Assembly (NCBI GenBank): GCA_031425655.1
Contig: JANPJS010000126.1
Coordinates: forward strand, 1 to 30,670
DNA length: 30,670 bases
Direction of reading: 5' to 3'
DNA from: Abditibacteriaceae bacterium
Lineage (GTDB): Bacteria > Armatimonadota > Abditibacteriia > Abditibacteriales > Abditibacteriaceae
Shown here: positions 1 through 8,119 of the stretch, in pieces
Numbering within the stretch: position 1 is the first letter of the stretch
Layout: every line of letters starts with the position of its first letter
Made by a program: the position numbers and the translations under genes
The notes under the pieces: model-generated
Seen by the model: the letters and a program-made list of their open reading frames with translations, nothing else
What the model was told of the DNA's origin: nothing
Databases searched by the model: none

Positions 1-21
1 CTTCGCAAGCTCAGAATGACA
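1..21. repeat. Probable right arm of a REP-like palindrome cut by the window edge (CTTCGCAAGCTCAGAATGACA)
   Basis: Resembles, from recall, the GTCATTCTGAGC...GCTCAGAATGAC extragenic palindrome type; the partner arm would lie outside the window. Confidence 0.4.
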
Positions 22-82
22 AATCTCTCACTTTTGAGGTCTCCTCTAAACTTTGTTTACACCCTCTGAAAAAAGGCTTCCC

Positions 83-1348
83 ATGAAAACCGTGCATTTC
101 CACACCCAACGCACGCTCTCGCGCCGCACATTTCTGCGCGCTGCGGGCGCCGCTATCGCGCTGCCGATGCTTGATGCCATGATGCCAACCTTCGCGCGGG
201 CCAATGCCGCGACGAAGATTCCGCGCCGCATGGTGGCCATCGAAACCAACATGGGCATCATGCCGCAGTTCTTTTTCCCGGACGCGGTGGGCGCCGATTA
301 CGCGCTGTCGCCGTATTTAGAAAAAATAGCCGCGCATCGCGCCAACATGACGATTTTTTCGGGTGTGAGCCATCCCGGCGTGACCGGCGCGCACGCGGCG
401 GAGCGTTGCTTTCTCACGGCCACGCCGCATCCTGAGCGCGGCGGATTTCGCAACGGCATCTCGCTCGACCAGCTTGCCGCTGAGCAAATCGGCAATCAAA
501 CCCGCTTTCCCTCGCTAACTCTGGCCATGACCAACGAAGGCGGCCCCACGTTAAGCTTCACGCGCAGCGGCGCGCCGATTCCGCCCGATAAAAGTCCGCG
601 CAAGCTGTTTGAAAAACTCTTCGTGCAAGGCAGCGCGAAAGAAGTTGAAGCCAATGTCGAAGCCTTGCGACAGGGCCGCAGCTTGCTCGACTTCGTGGGC
701 GAACAATCCAAGCGATTGAACCGTTCGCTCTCGAAAAGCGACCAGCAGCGCATGGATCAATACTACACCTCGGTGCGCGATTTAGAGCAGCGTTTACACA
801 GCTCCGAAGCGTGGGAATACAAGCCGAAACCCGTCGTCAAGGCCTCGCCGCCCGAAGAATTGGACGACGCCCGCGAATTCGTCAAGCGCACCAAACTGAC
901 GCTTGATGTCGTGAAACTGGCAATAGAAAACGATTCTTCGCGGCTCATCACGCTGTTCATAGACACGACGGTCATCCACAACATTACTCATCACGGCAAC
1001 CGTCCCGATGTCGTCACCGAGCTTCGCAGGCACGAAGAAGGGCAGTTCGCCGTGCTGAACGGATTTCTGACCGCGCTGAGCGAAACCAAAGAAGAAAACC
1101 AGCCTCTGCTCGACCGCACGATGGTGCTTTACGGCACACCGATGGGCAGCGCCAACTCGCACAGCAACGTCAATTTGCCCGTTCTGCTGGCCGGCGGCGG
1201 CTTCAAACACGGCCACCACCTGGCTTTCGACAAAGAAAACAACTACCCTCTGGCGAATCTCTACGTTTCGATGCTGCAACGCCTGGGCATCGAGTCAGAC
1301 AGCTTTTCGAGCGGTAAAGGCACCATGCGCGGGCTGGAATTGGCCTGA
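83..1348 (+). CDS. DUF1552 (HXXSHH) family protein with Tat signal
   Basis: LSRRTFLRAAGAAIALPMLDAM twin-arginine signal; ISLDQLAAE..G..TRFPSLTL, HNITHHG and SANSHSNVNLPVLLAGG motifs; ATG at 83 preferred over TTG at 53. Confidence 0.9.
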   Translation: MKTVHFHTQRTLSRRTFLRAAGAAIALPMLDAMMPTFARANAATKIPRRMVAIETNMGIMPQFFFPDAVGADYALSPYLEKIAAHRANMTIFSGVSHPGVTGAHAAERCFLTATPHPERGGFRNGISLDQLAAEQIGNQTRFPSLTLAMTNEGGPTLSFTRSGAPIPPDKSPRKLFEKLFVQGSAKEVEANVEALRQGRSLLDFVGEQSKRLNRSLSKSDQQRMDQYYTSVRDLEQRLHSSEAWEYKPKPVVKASPPEELDDAREFVKRTKLTLDVVKLAIENDSSRLITLFIDTTVIHNITHHGNRPDVVTELRRHEEGQFAVLNGFLTALSETKEENQPLLDRTMVLYGTPMGSANSHSNVNLPVLLAGGGFKHGHHLAFDKENNYPLANLYVSMLQRLGIESDSFSSGKGTMRGLELA

Positions 1349-1354
1349 TCTTTC

Positions 1355-3778
1355 ATGAAGCACTTGTTTCCCGCGCTTTTAATGCTCAGTTTGCCGGCAA
1401 ATCTGCACGCCGCAGAAACCGTTGCGTTCAAGCAGGCCGTGCAGCCATTTCTTGCGCAGCATTGCGCGCGCTGTCACGACGGCAAAGTGCAGAAGGGCAA
1501 TTTTCGCATGGACACGCTGCCGCCCGATTTCGCCAATTTAGGCGTCGCGCAGCGCTGGGCCGAAGTCATCACGCGCATGAATGCCGGAGAAATGCCGCCG
1601 CCCAAAGAACCGCAGCCCACGCCGGATGAGTTGGGCAAAGTCGTAGATTGGATCGCCACGCGCATCAAGGAAGGCGAAGCGGCGCGCATGGCCAAACGCG
1701 GCCCGCTCGCGCATTATCGTTTGAGCCGGGAAGAATACGCCAACACGATTTACGATTTATTGGGCGTTTATTACGACGTGACACTGCCCGGCGCCTTCAA
1801 CGAAGAGCCGCGCTGGCATGGCTTCGAGCGCATCGGCGCGATGCTGTCGCTGTCTCCCTCGCACGTTGACCGCTATTTCAAGGCGGCGGAAACGGTTTTG
1901 GAGCGCGCTTTTCCCGAACAGCAGCCTCAGCCCGTGAAACGCCGCGCCGACGCCATCGAAATGGCGCATCGGGAAAGTCGCAAACGCATCGAAGCGCTGG
2001 GAATCGCCGACAAAGTGCGTGTGGCGCTGTGGCCGGGCTACAATTTGGCGGCGTTTCGCGGCTATTTCTGGGGACAGGTTAAGGAGCCGGGAATTTATCG
2101 GGCGCGCATTCAACTGAGCGGCTTGCAGCCGCGCAATGGCCGCGCGCCGCATTTGTCCGTGTGGCATCCGCAACTGAAGCGCACGATCTTCGACCAGGAC
2201 ATCATCGCGCCCGAAGACAAGCCCGTTATCGTTGAATTTGAAACGTTTTTGACCATGCCCGCCGAGCTGGACTTCATCAACGAAGTGCCCGGCAAAATTC
2301 CCGAAGGCCACACGCGCAACGTGCTGATGAGCGGCGGCGGTGTGTTCACCAACACCAAAGACACAAGTCGGCTTAACCCGACCGGCTACAAACTCTTCGA
2401 TGAAAGCGGCACCGCGCTGCGCCCTTTGCTGCTGGTGGACTGGGTGGAGTGGGAAGGGCCATTACTCAGTGATGCCGACCGCAAAAAGCGCGAAGGCTTT
2501 CTGCCCGAAAAAATCAACGAGCCTGCCGGCGACATGGCACAAGCGCGCGAAACTTTGCAACGCTTCGCCAGTCGCGCGTGGCGCCGCCCGGCGACCGAGG
2601 CCGAAGTAAATCGCTATCTCAAAGTGATTGAAAAAGAAATGGCGGCGGGCGAAAAATTCCGCGCGGCCTACATGGCGGCGCTAACCGGCATTCTCGCCTC
2701 GAACAATTTCTATTATTTAGCCGAAGGTTCGCCAACGGTGCGCCGCGACCGCGTAAGCGATTGGGAATTAGCTTCGCGCCTCTCGTATTTTCTGTGGGGT
2801 TCGCTGCCCGACGCCGCGCTTTTGCAGACGGCTCAGGATGGCACTCTGCACACGCCCGAAGTTCTCCGCGCCCAACTGGCGCGCATGATGGCCGACCCCA
2901 AAATTGCGCGTTTCACCGAAGCGTTTCCGCGCCAGTGGCTGCAACTGCATAAAGTCGGAATGTTTGCGCCGGACGAAAAACTTTATCCCGACTACGACAA
3001 ATGGCTGGAAAAAAGCATGGTGCTGGAAACCACCGGCTTTTTTAACGAGGTTTTCGCGCGCAATTTATCCATCCGCGAATTTTTGTCATCGGATTGGACG
3101 ATGGCAAATCCGCGTTTGGCCCTGCATTACAAACTGCCGCCGCTGCCCGAAGCGATTTTGCAGCGCGTCGGGCTGCGACCCGAAGGCCATCGCGGCGGAT
3201 TGTTGACCCAAGCGGCCATCTTGTCGCTGACTTCCGACGGCACGCGCCATCGCCCCGTCCATCGCGGCGTGTGGGTTTCCGAAGCGATTTTCGGCAAAAC
3301 TCCGCCGCCTCCGCCGCCCAACGTCGAGCCAATCGAGCCGACTCCGGCTACCGCGCCCAAAGCGACGGTGCGCCAGCAAATTGAAGCGCACTCGACCAAT
3401 TCCAACTGCGCGTCATGCCACAAAAACATTGATCCTTTGGGCTTCGCCTTCGACAACTACGATGCCGTAGGCCGCTGGCGTAATGAAGAAGTGGCGCAGG
3501 GCAAAGGCGATAATCCTCCGGTGAACGCAGCCGGCACGCTGCCCGATGGCCGCGCCTACAACGGCCCCGACGAGTTCAAAAAGCTGTTAATCGCCGATCT
3601 CGACCGCTTTGCTCCGGCCTTCGTGGAAAATCTTGCCACTTTCGCCCTTCGCCGCGCCATGACACTCGACGACCAAGCGCAACTCAAAACCATCGCGCAA
3701 GCCAGCAAAAAAGAAGATTACAAGATGCGAACCGTGATCGAAAATTTGGTTTTATCGGACTTGTTTCAAAAGCGTTGA
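1355..3778 (+). CDS. Planctomycete-type c-cytochrome multi-domain protein (PSCyt1 + DUF1587/1595/1592/1588/1585-like domains)
   Basis: Sec signal peptide; two CxxCH heme motifs (CARCH near 1463, CASCH near 3407); RLSREEYANTIYDLLG, WELASRLSYFLWGSLPD, RGGLLTQAAIL, PVHRGVWV and IDPLGFAFDNYDAVGRWR motifs; usual partner of DUF1552. Confidence 0.9.
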   Translation: MKHLFPALLMLSLPANLHAAETVAFKQAVQPFLAQHCARCHDGKVQKGNFRMDTLPPDFANLGVAQRWAEVITRMNAGEMPPPKEPQPTPDELGKVVDWIATRIKEGEAARMAKRGPLAHYRLSREEYANTIYDLLGVYYDVTLPGAFNEEPRWHGFERIGAMLSLSPSHVDRYFKAAETVLERAFPEQQPQPVKRRADAIEMAHRESRKRIEALGIADKVRVALWPGYNLAAFRGYFWGQVKEPGIYRARIQLSGLQPRNGRAPHLSVWHPQLKRTIFDQDIIAPEDKPVIVEFETFLTMPAELDFINEVPGKIPEGHTRNVLMSGGGVFTNTKDTSRLNPTGYKLFDESGTALRPLLLVDWVEWEGPLLSDADRKKREGFLPEKINEPAGDMAQARETLQRFASRAWRRPATEAEVNRYLKVIEKEMAAGEKFRAAYMAALTGILASNNFYYLAEGSPTVRRDRVSDWELASRLSYFLWGSLPDAALLQTAQDGTLHTPEVLRAQLARMMADPKIARFTEAFPRQWLQLHKVGMFAPDEKLYPDYDKWLEKSMVLETTGFFNEVFARNLSIREFLSSDWTMANPRLALHYKLPPLPEAILQRVGLRPEGHRGGLLTQAAILSLTSDGTRHRPVHRGVWVSEAIFGKTPPPPPPNVEPIEPTPATAPKATVRQQIEAHSTNSNCASCHKNIDPLGFAFDNYDAVGRWRNEEVAQGKGDNPPVNAAGTLPDGRAYNGPDEFKKLLIADLDRFAPAFVENLATFALRRAMTLDDQAQLKTIAQASKKEDYKMRTVIENLVLSDLFQKR

Positions 3779-3912
3779 ACCACGGATGAACGCGGATAAA
3801 CACGGATGGTTTTTGATGTTTGAAAGATGATGGTTGAGAGGTGGGGATGAGTTGCTTTTTGAACTCTGACCACCTCATCTATAAAAAACATCCGTGTTCA
3901 TCCGTGGTTCAA
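3775..3912. repeat. Palindromic element copy 1 (CACGGATGAA-unit inverted repeat)
   Basis: Left arm TTGAACCACGGATGAACGCGGATAAACACGGATG from 3775, overlapping the TGA of the upstream gene; right arm CATCCGTGTTCATCCGTGGTTCAA ending at 3912 (3 units versus 2). Confidence 0.9.
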
Positions 3913-3927
3913 AATGGAGGTATTTTC

Positions 3928-4302
3928 ATGGGATTGCTTTTTGAGCAAGAAACTGGAGCCATTCTGAACTGCGCGATGGAAGTGAGCAACGCTTTGGGGC
4001 ATGGGCTTTTAGAGAAGCCTTATGAAAACGCTTTGGTTGTCGAAATGATGTTGCGCGGTATTCCCGTGCTTCAGCAACCGCAATTCGACGTGGTTTACAA
4101 AGGCGTGAAAGTGGGAGAATACGTTCCCGACCTTATCGCCTTCGAGAAAGTAATCGTTGATACCAAAACTGTTGAAAACATCACCGATCACGAACTCGGC
4201 CAGATGCTCAACTATCTCAAAATCACCGGCTTACCGATTGGCCTGATTATCAATTTTAAACACGCGCGCCTTACGTGGAAGCGCGTTGTGAACACCGAAT
4301 AA
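3928..4302 (+). CDS. GxxExxY protein (PD-(D/E)xK nuclease superfamily, PDDEXK_3-like)
   Basis: GHGLLEKPYENAL signature; PDLIAFEKVIVDTK catalytic-type motif; QMLNYLKITG..GLIINF; GGAGG at 3916-3920 before ATG 3928. Confidence 0.92.
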   Translation: MGLLFEQETGAILNCAMEVSNALGHGLLEKPYENALVVEMMLRGIPVLQQPQFDVVYKGVKVGEYVPDLIAFEKVIVDTKTVENITDHELGQMLNYLKITGLPIGLIINFKHARLTWKRVVNTE

Positions 4303-4307
4303 GACTG

Positions 4308-4422
4308 TTTAACCACGGATGAACGCGGATGGACACGGATTGAATTCGATGAGAGTGTTTTGGCCAGCGTCATTTGAAAATCAAATCCCATCCGTGTCCA
4401 TCCGCGTTCATCCGTGGTTAAA
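4308..4422. repeat. Palindromic element copy 2, perfect 33-bp inverted repeat
   Basis: TTTAACCACGGATGAACGCGGATGGACACGGAT (4308-4340) is the exact reverse complement of 4390-4422; 49-nt spacer. Confidence 0.95.
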
Positions 4423-4439
4423 AATTATCAGAGGTTTTC

Positions 4440-5804
4440 ATGAACATTCAGCGACAAAATTGGCTTCTGAGCCGCCGTCATTTTTTGCGTGGCGCGGGCG
4501 TGGCGCTTGCGCTGCCGCTGCTCGACTGTATGAGTCCGCTTCGCGCCTCTGCACAAGGTGCCGCCGCCAAAAAAGTAAGCAAAGCGCGGCGCAGCGTGTT
4601 CATTTATCTGCCCAACGGTGTGAACACGGCGGATTATCAAATCACGCAGGCGGGCGAGGGTTACAAGCTGACCAAGCCGTTGATGGCGCTGGAAAAACAC
4701 CGGAGTGTCATCACGCCGATTAGCGGGCTGCATCATCCGCACGGGCTGGGCCATCATCATAACTGCCGCAGCATCTGGCTGACGGGCGGCAAAATCGGCC
4801 AATCGGAGCGCAATACGGTTTCGGTTGACCAACTGATGGCCCAAATTACCGCCCCGCAAACCCGCTTTTCGTCGCTGGAATTGAGCAATCAGGGCGGCAG
4901 TTTGGCGTGGAATCCCGATGGTATTCAGTTACCGGCGCAATCGAATCCCGGCGTGGCCTTTCGGGAATTTTTTGAAGACTCCAAAGGCGGTATTGCCAGC
5001 CAACGGCGCGATTTGCAGCGGCGCGGCAGCATTCTCGATGCGATTTTGGACGAAGCGCACACTCTAAACGGCAGCGTGGGCAAAGAAGATCGCGGGCGCC
5101 TGGATCAATATCTCACGGCTGTGCGCGAAGTGGAAATCCGCACGCAGCGCTCGGATAAATGGCTGGATACGCCGCGTCCCAAAGTCGAAGCGGCTCTGCA
5201 AACGCGCCTGAACCGCGACGTTTCGCTGCAAATGCTCGGCGATTATCTTCGCACCATGTATGACCTGATTGTGCTGTCGTTTCAGACCGACATGACGCGC
5301 GTGGTGACGTTCAATACGGGCGAAGAAGGTCAGGGGCCGGCGGTGCCGGAAATTGGCGTCAAGCAGGATCGCCACGCGCTTTCGCACCACAACGGCAACG
5401 CCGAACAACTGCGAATGCTCACCGAAAGCGATGCGTTTAACATCGCGCAATTCGCTTATTTCCTCGACCGCTTGAAAGAAACCCCGGACGGCGACGGCAC
5501 TCTGCTCGACAGCACGATGGCGCTTTACGGCAGCGGCATGGCTTACGGCCACAGTCACGGCAACGCCAGCCTGCCGATTATTTTGGCCGGCGGCGGCAAA
5601 CTCGGTCTCAAACACGGCACTCACGTTGATTTCAACGCTACCAAAGATTTTCAGGGCTACGACAAACACGCCAATATCCACTTTCGCCCGGTCAATGAAA
5701 AAGCGCGCCTCAGCAACCTGCTCTTGACGATGGCGCAGAAAATGGAAGTCCCCGCCGCTAAATTCGCCGATAGTCTGGGCGAACTGTCCGAGGTGCGCGC
5801 GTGA
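4440..5804 (+). CDS. DUF1552 (HXXSHH) family protein with Tat signal, second paralog
   Basis: LSRRHFLRGAGVALALPLLDCM; FIYLPNGV; VSVDQLMA; RHALSHH; HSHGNASLPIILAGG. Confidence 0.9.
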   Translation: MNIQRQNWLLSRRHFLRGAGVALALPLLDCMSPLRASAQGAAAKKVSKARRSVFIYLPNGVNTADYQITQAGEGYKLTKPLMALEKHRSVITPISGLHHPHGLGHHHNCRSIWLTGGKIGQSERNTVSVDQLMAQITAPQTRFSSLELSNQGGSLAWNPDGIQLPAQSNPGVAFREFFEDSKGGIASQRRDLQRRGSILDAILDEAHTLNGSVGKEDRGRLDQYLTAVREVEIRTQRSDKWLDTPRPKVEAALQTRLNRDVSLQMLGDYLRTMYDLIVLSFQTDMTRVVTFNTGEEGQGPAVPEIGVKQDRHALSHHNGNAEQLRMLTESDAFNIAQFAYFLDRLKETPDGDGTLLDSTMALYGSGMAYGHSHGNASLPIILAGGGKLGLKHGTHVDFNATKDFQGYDKHANIHFRPVNEKARLSNLLLTMAQKMEVPAAKFADSLGELSEVRA

Positions 5805-7066
5805 GTTTCATAAAACCACGGATGAACACGGATGAACGCGGATGGATAAAGAATTTGAGCGGTGATAGATTGGAATTGAGCGCAAGCCCCGCACGACTGA
5901 ATCTCAGTTCTTACTTCATAGTTCTTCTTATCCGTGTCCCCCTGTGTTTCTCAGTGCTTTTCTTTCTGGCAACTTCGGCGGTCGCGCAGGATAAAGCGGA
6001 TTACGTTCCTAAAACGGGTGAGTTTGCGCTGCCGAACGTCGGCCAATACATCGGCCAATACATCGCGGGTGAGTTGGTGCAGGTTGACCACATTAATCGC
6101 CGGGGCGCCTTGCGCTTGTTGGGCGATGGCGTCGAAGATAAATACCACGCCGCGCCTTCGCATCGCTTCGCCTTATTGCCTTACGGCACCGTTCGTTATC
6201 ACGGCGCGCCGGCGGAACTGCGCGATGTTCCCATCGGCACGGTTTTGCACGGCTATTTCGTGCTGCCGCCCGCCGGCGATAAAGCGATTGCGCCGCCATC
6301 GAGCCACGAGCAATATGTTCCCAAACACACGCACGCGCTTTCGCTCGAAGATGATGTCAGCTTTTACCAACGTCACGGACAAAGTTGGAAAATTCTCTCG
6401 ATTGACCTGAAAAAAGGGCAAATCAAAGTTGTTTCCACTGGAACGCCGGCGCCCGACGGCCTCAAAGGTGAAAAAACCTTCGCTGTAGACGGCTCAACGC
6501 GCATCTGGAAAGGCCGCCAATTGGGCGCTCTCGCCGATCTTGCCGCCGAACAAAGCGTGCAAGTGAACCTATCGTGGACTGGTAACTGGATTTATGGCGG
6601 CTTTCACTGCGCCGACATCTGGCTCGATAAAGAAAGTCTCGACGTGGCCGCCGAAGGGCAACGCCAGATTCATTTGCGTTATCAGCGCGTGCGCGGCTTG
6701 GCCGCCGTCGTGGACAGCGTTGAACACGGAGAAGACGGCAAAGGCACTGTCACCGCGACGTTTTTCGGCGGCATGGACGCCGGACTTTACGAAGAATTTA
6801 AAGTTCGGGACGGGGTGCGCGCCGCCGCTGCGGAACCGACGCTTCGCACTTGGTGGCAAGACCACGACAACAAAAGCGGCCCGATTTTAGAAATCAAAAA
6901 AGCCGCCAATCCGCCGCCGGGCAGCAGCGGAATACAAATTCGCTTCGGCATTGACGAGTTATTGGAAGGCTTTCGCCCCGGTCGCATTATCCGCCTGTGC
7001 CCGAACCACTGGCCGCGCATCAAACTGCCGCCCGAAGAACGCGTGAAAAATATGGACGACCGTTAA
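5801..7066 (+). CDS. Hypothetical exported protein; start uncertain
   Basis: 421-aa ORF with GTGA overlap on the upstream stop; hydrophobic stretch ending AVA-Q; beta-rich internal modules. Confidence 0.7.
   Translation: MSFIKPRMNTDERGWIKNLSGDRLELSASPARLNLSSYFIVLLIRVPLCFSVLFFLATSAVAQDKADYVPKTGEFALPNVGQYIGQYIAGELVQVDHINRRGALRLLGDGVEDKYHAAPSHRFALLPYGTVRYHGAPAELRDVPIGTVLHGYFVLPPAGDKAIAPPSSHEQYVPKHTHALSLEDDVSFYQRHGQSWKILSIDLKKGQIKVVSTGTPAPDGLKGEKTFAVDGSTRIWKGRQLGALADLAAEQSVQVNLSWTGNWIYGGFHCADIWLDKESLDVAAEGQRQIHLRYQRVRGLAAVVDSVEHGEDGKGTVTATFFGGMDAGLYEEFKVRDGVRAAAAEPTLRTWWQDHDNKSGPILEIKKAANPPPGSSGIQIRFGIDELLEGFRPGRIIRLCPNHWPRIKLPPEERVKNMDDR
5813..5957. repeat. Palindromic element copy 3, right arm degenerate
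   Basis: AAACCACGGATGAACACGGATGAACGCGGATGGATAA (5813-5849); decayed partner TTATCCGTGTCCCCCTGTGTTTCTCAGTGC (5928-5957). Confidence 0.75.
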
Positions 7067-7119
7067 GCGACTTATGAAGAAGAGTTGTTTTAGAGAACCT
7101 CGAAAGGAAAGGAATCACC

Positions 7120-7356
7120 ATGAAAAACGGAATTTGTCTCAAATGCCAGAGCGGCGAAGTGTATTGGCACAAGGGCAGTGAAGACAGTGAACAAATCACA
7201 TTAAAGGAAGCCACTATTCCTGTGTTTGGTGCGTTTGCTCACACCACCTGGCCAGATAAATACGTCTGCGTCTCCTGTGGCTACATCGAGTATTACTTGC
7301 CGGCAGCAGCAAACCTCGAACTCGTGAAAGAGAATTGGGAGAAGGTCAAGCCGTAG
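7120..7356 (+). CDS. Small zinc-ribbon protein
   Basis: CLKC...CVSCGYIEYY double CxxC; strong purine-rich RBS (AAGGAAAGGAA) upstream. Confidence 0.75.
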   Translation: MKNGICLKCQSGEVYWHKGSEDSEQITLKEATIPVFGAFAHTTWPDKYVCVSCGYIEYYLPAAANLELVKENWEKVKP

Positions 7357-7384
7357 AGGCAACACCAAAGCGCCGTGAGAACCC

Positions 7385-7441
7385 CCCTGCCCAAAGGGCG
7401 GGCGTCCTCTGGGCAGGGTTGCCGCGAATTTATTCGCCGGG
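7385..7441. repeat. Partial REP/MITE-like element related to 21181-21360
   Basis: Hairpin CCCTGCCCAAAGG/CCTCTGGGCAGGG; GGTTGCCGCGAATTTATTCGCCGGG (7417-7441) is identical to 21313-21337. Confidence 0.8.
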
Positions 7442-7483
7442 GCTGCTTATTCGACACCCCAAAAACCTAATGCGATTGCCCTG

Positions 7484-7529
7484 GTTGCGCAGTTGGGTTT
7501 GTGGCATAAGCACAACCCAACCGCGTAAC
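7484..7529. repeat. Imperfect hairpin (REP-like or terminator)
   Basis: GTTGCGCAGTTGGGTTTGTG ... CACAACCCAACCGCGTAAC. Confidence 0.55.
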
Positions 7530-7571
7530 ATGAGCTATTAAATCGCGCAAAATAAGTCCATAATACGCTCT

Positions 7572-8105
7572 ATGAACAGCCAAAACGATAATTTCGACAC
7601 GAAAATCACGCCGCCATCTCAATTCGACGATGAGTTGTTCAAGCAGTCGCTAACCGAAGCTGATGACGCAGCGGGGTTCGATCAGCCGTGGAATCCGTGG
7701 ACGTTGGTGATGCTGACGTTCTTCTTCGGCATCACGACCGGCATGGCGCTGTTGGCGTTTAATTATCAGCGACTGGGCATCAAAGGGCGGTTGTATAATA
7801 CAATTGCCCTCGGACTCGTCCTCGAATTCCTGCTCACAGCGATTCAGGTTTGGGCCGTGCAACTTGGCTGGCTCGATCCAAAGATTAGAGCCGATACGCG
7901 CACGTTTCGCTTAGTGACGAAGGTTTTTTCTGTTCTGGTGGCCGTTATCGTCACGCAAACACAGATGAAGCGCTTTCGCTTGTTTCAGCGCAGCGGCTTG
8001 CCGGAGGGCGCTCTGCTTAAGCCGGCTTTGGCGGCCATCGCAGTCGGCGTGGCCTTAGACTTTATCGAAGCTGTGATCATTCTACCTCTCTTTATTGAAC
8101 GATAG
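7572..8105 (+). CDS. Hypothetical integral membrane protein (about 4 TM)
   Basis: Four hydrophobic segments; PWNP..L..LTFFFG...G..LLAFNY.RLG pattern. Confidence 0.8.
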   Translation: MNSQNDNFDTKITPPSQFDDELFKQSLTEADDAAGFDQPWNPWTLVMLTFFFGITTGMALLAFNYQRLGIKGRLYNTIALGLVLEFLLTAIQVWAVQLGWLDPKIRADTRTFRLVTKVFSVLVAVIVTQTQMKRFRLFQRSGLPEGALLKPALAAIAVGVALDFIEAVIILPLFIER

Positions 8106-8119
8106 CACCCTTTACCATC

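Noticed and set aside
3841..3927. Longer 153-aa start for the GxxExxY ORF, and ORFs 4319-4723 and 3684-3878
   Set aside because: These translate the palindromic repeats; a strong RBS supports ATG 3928
3775..5957. CACGGATGAA repeats as a CRISPR array with the nuclease as a Cas4-like gene
   Set aside because: The repeats are inverted pairs of tandem 10-mers separated by whole genes, not direct repeats with uniform spacers; no cas genes are present
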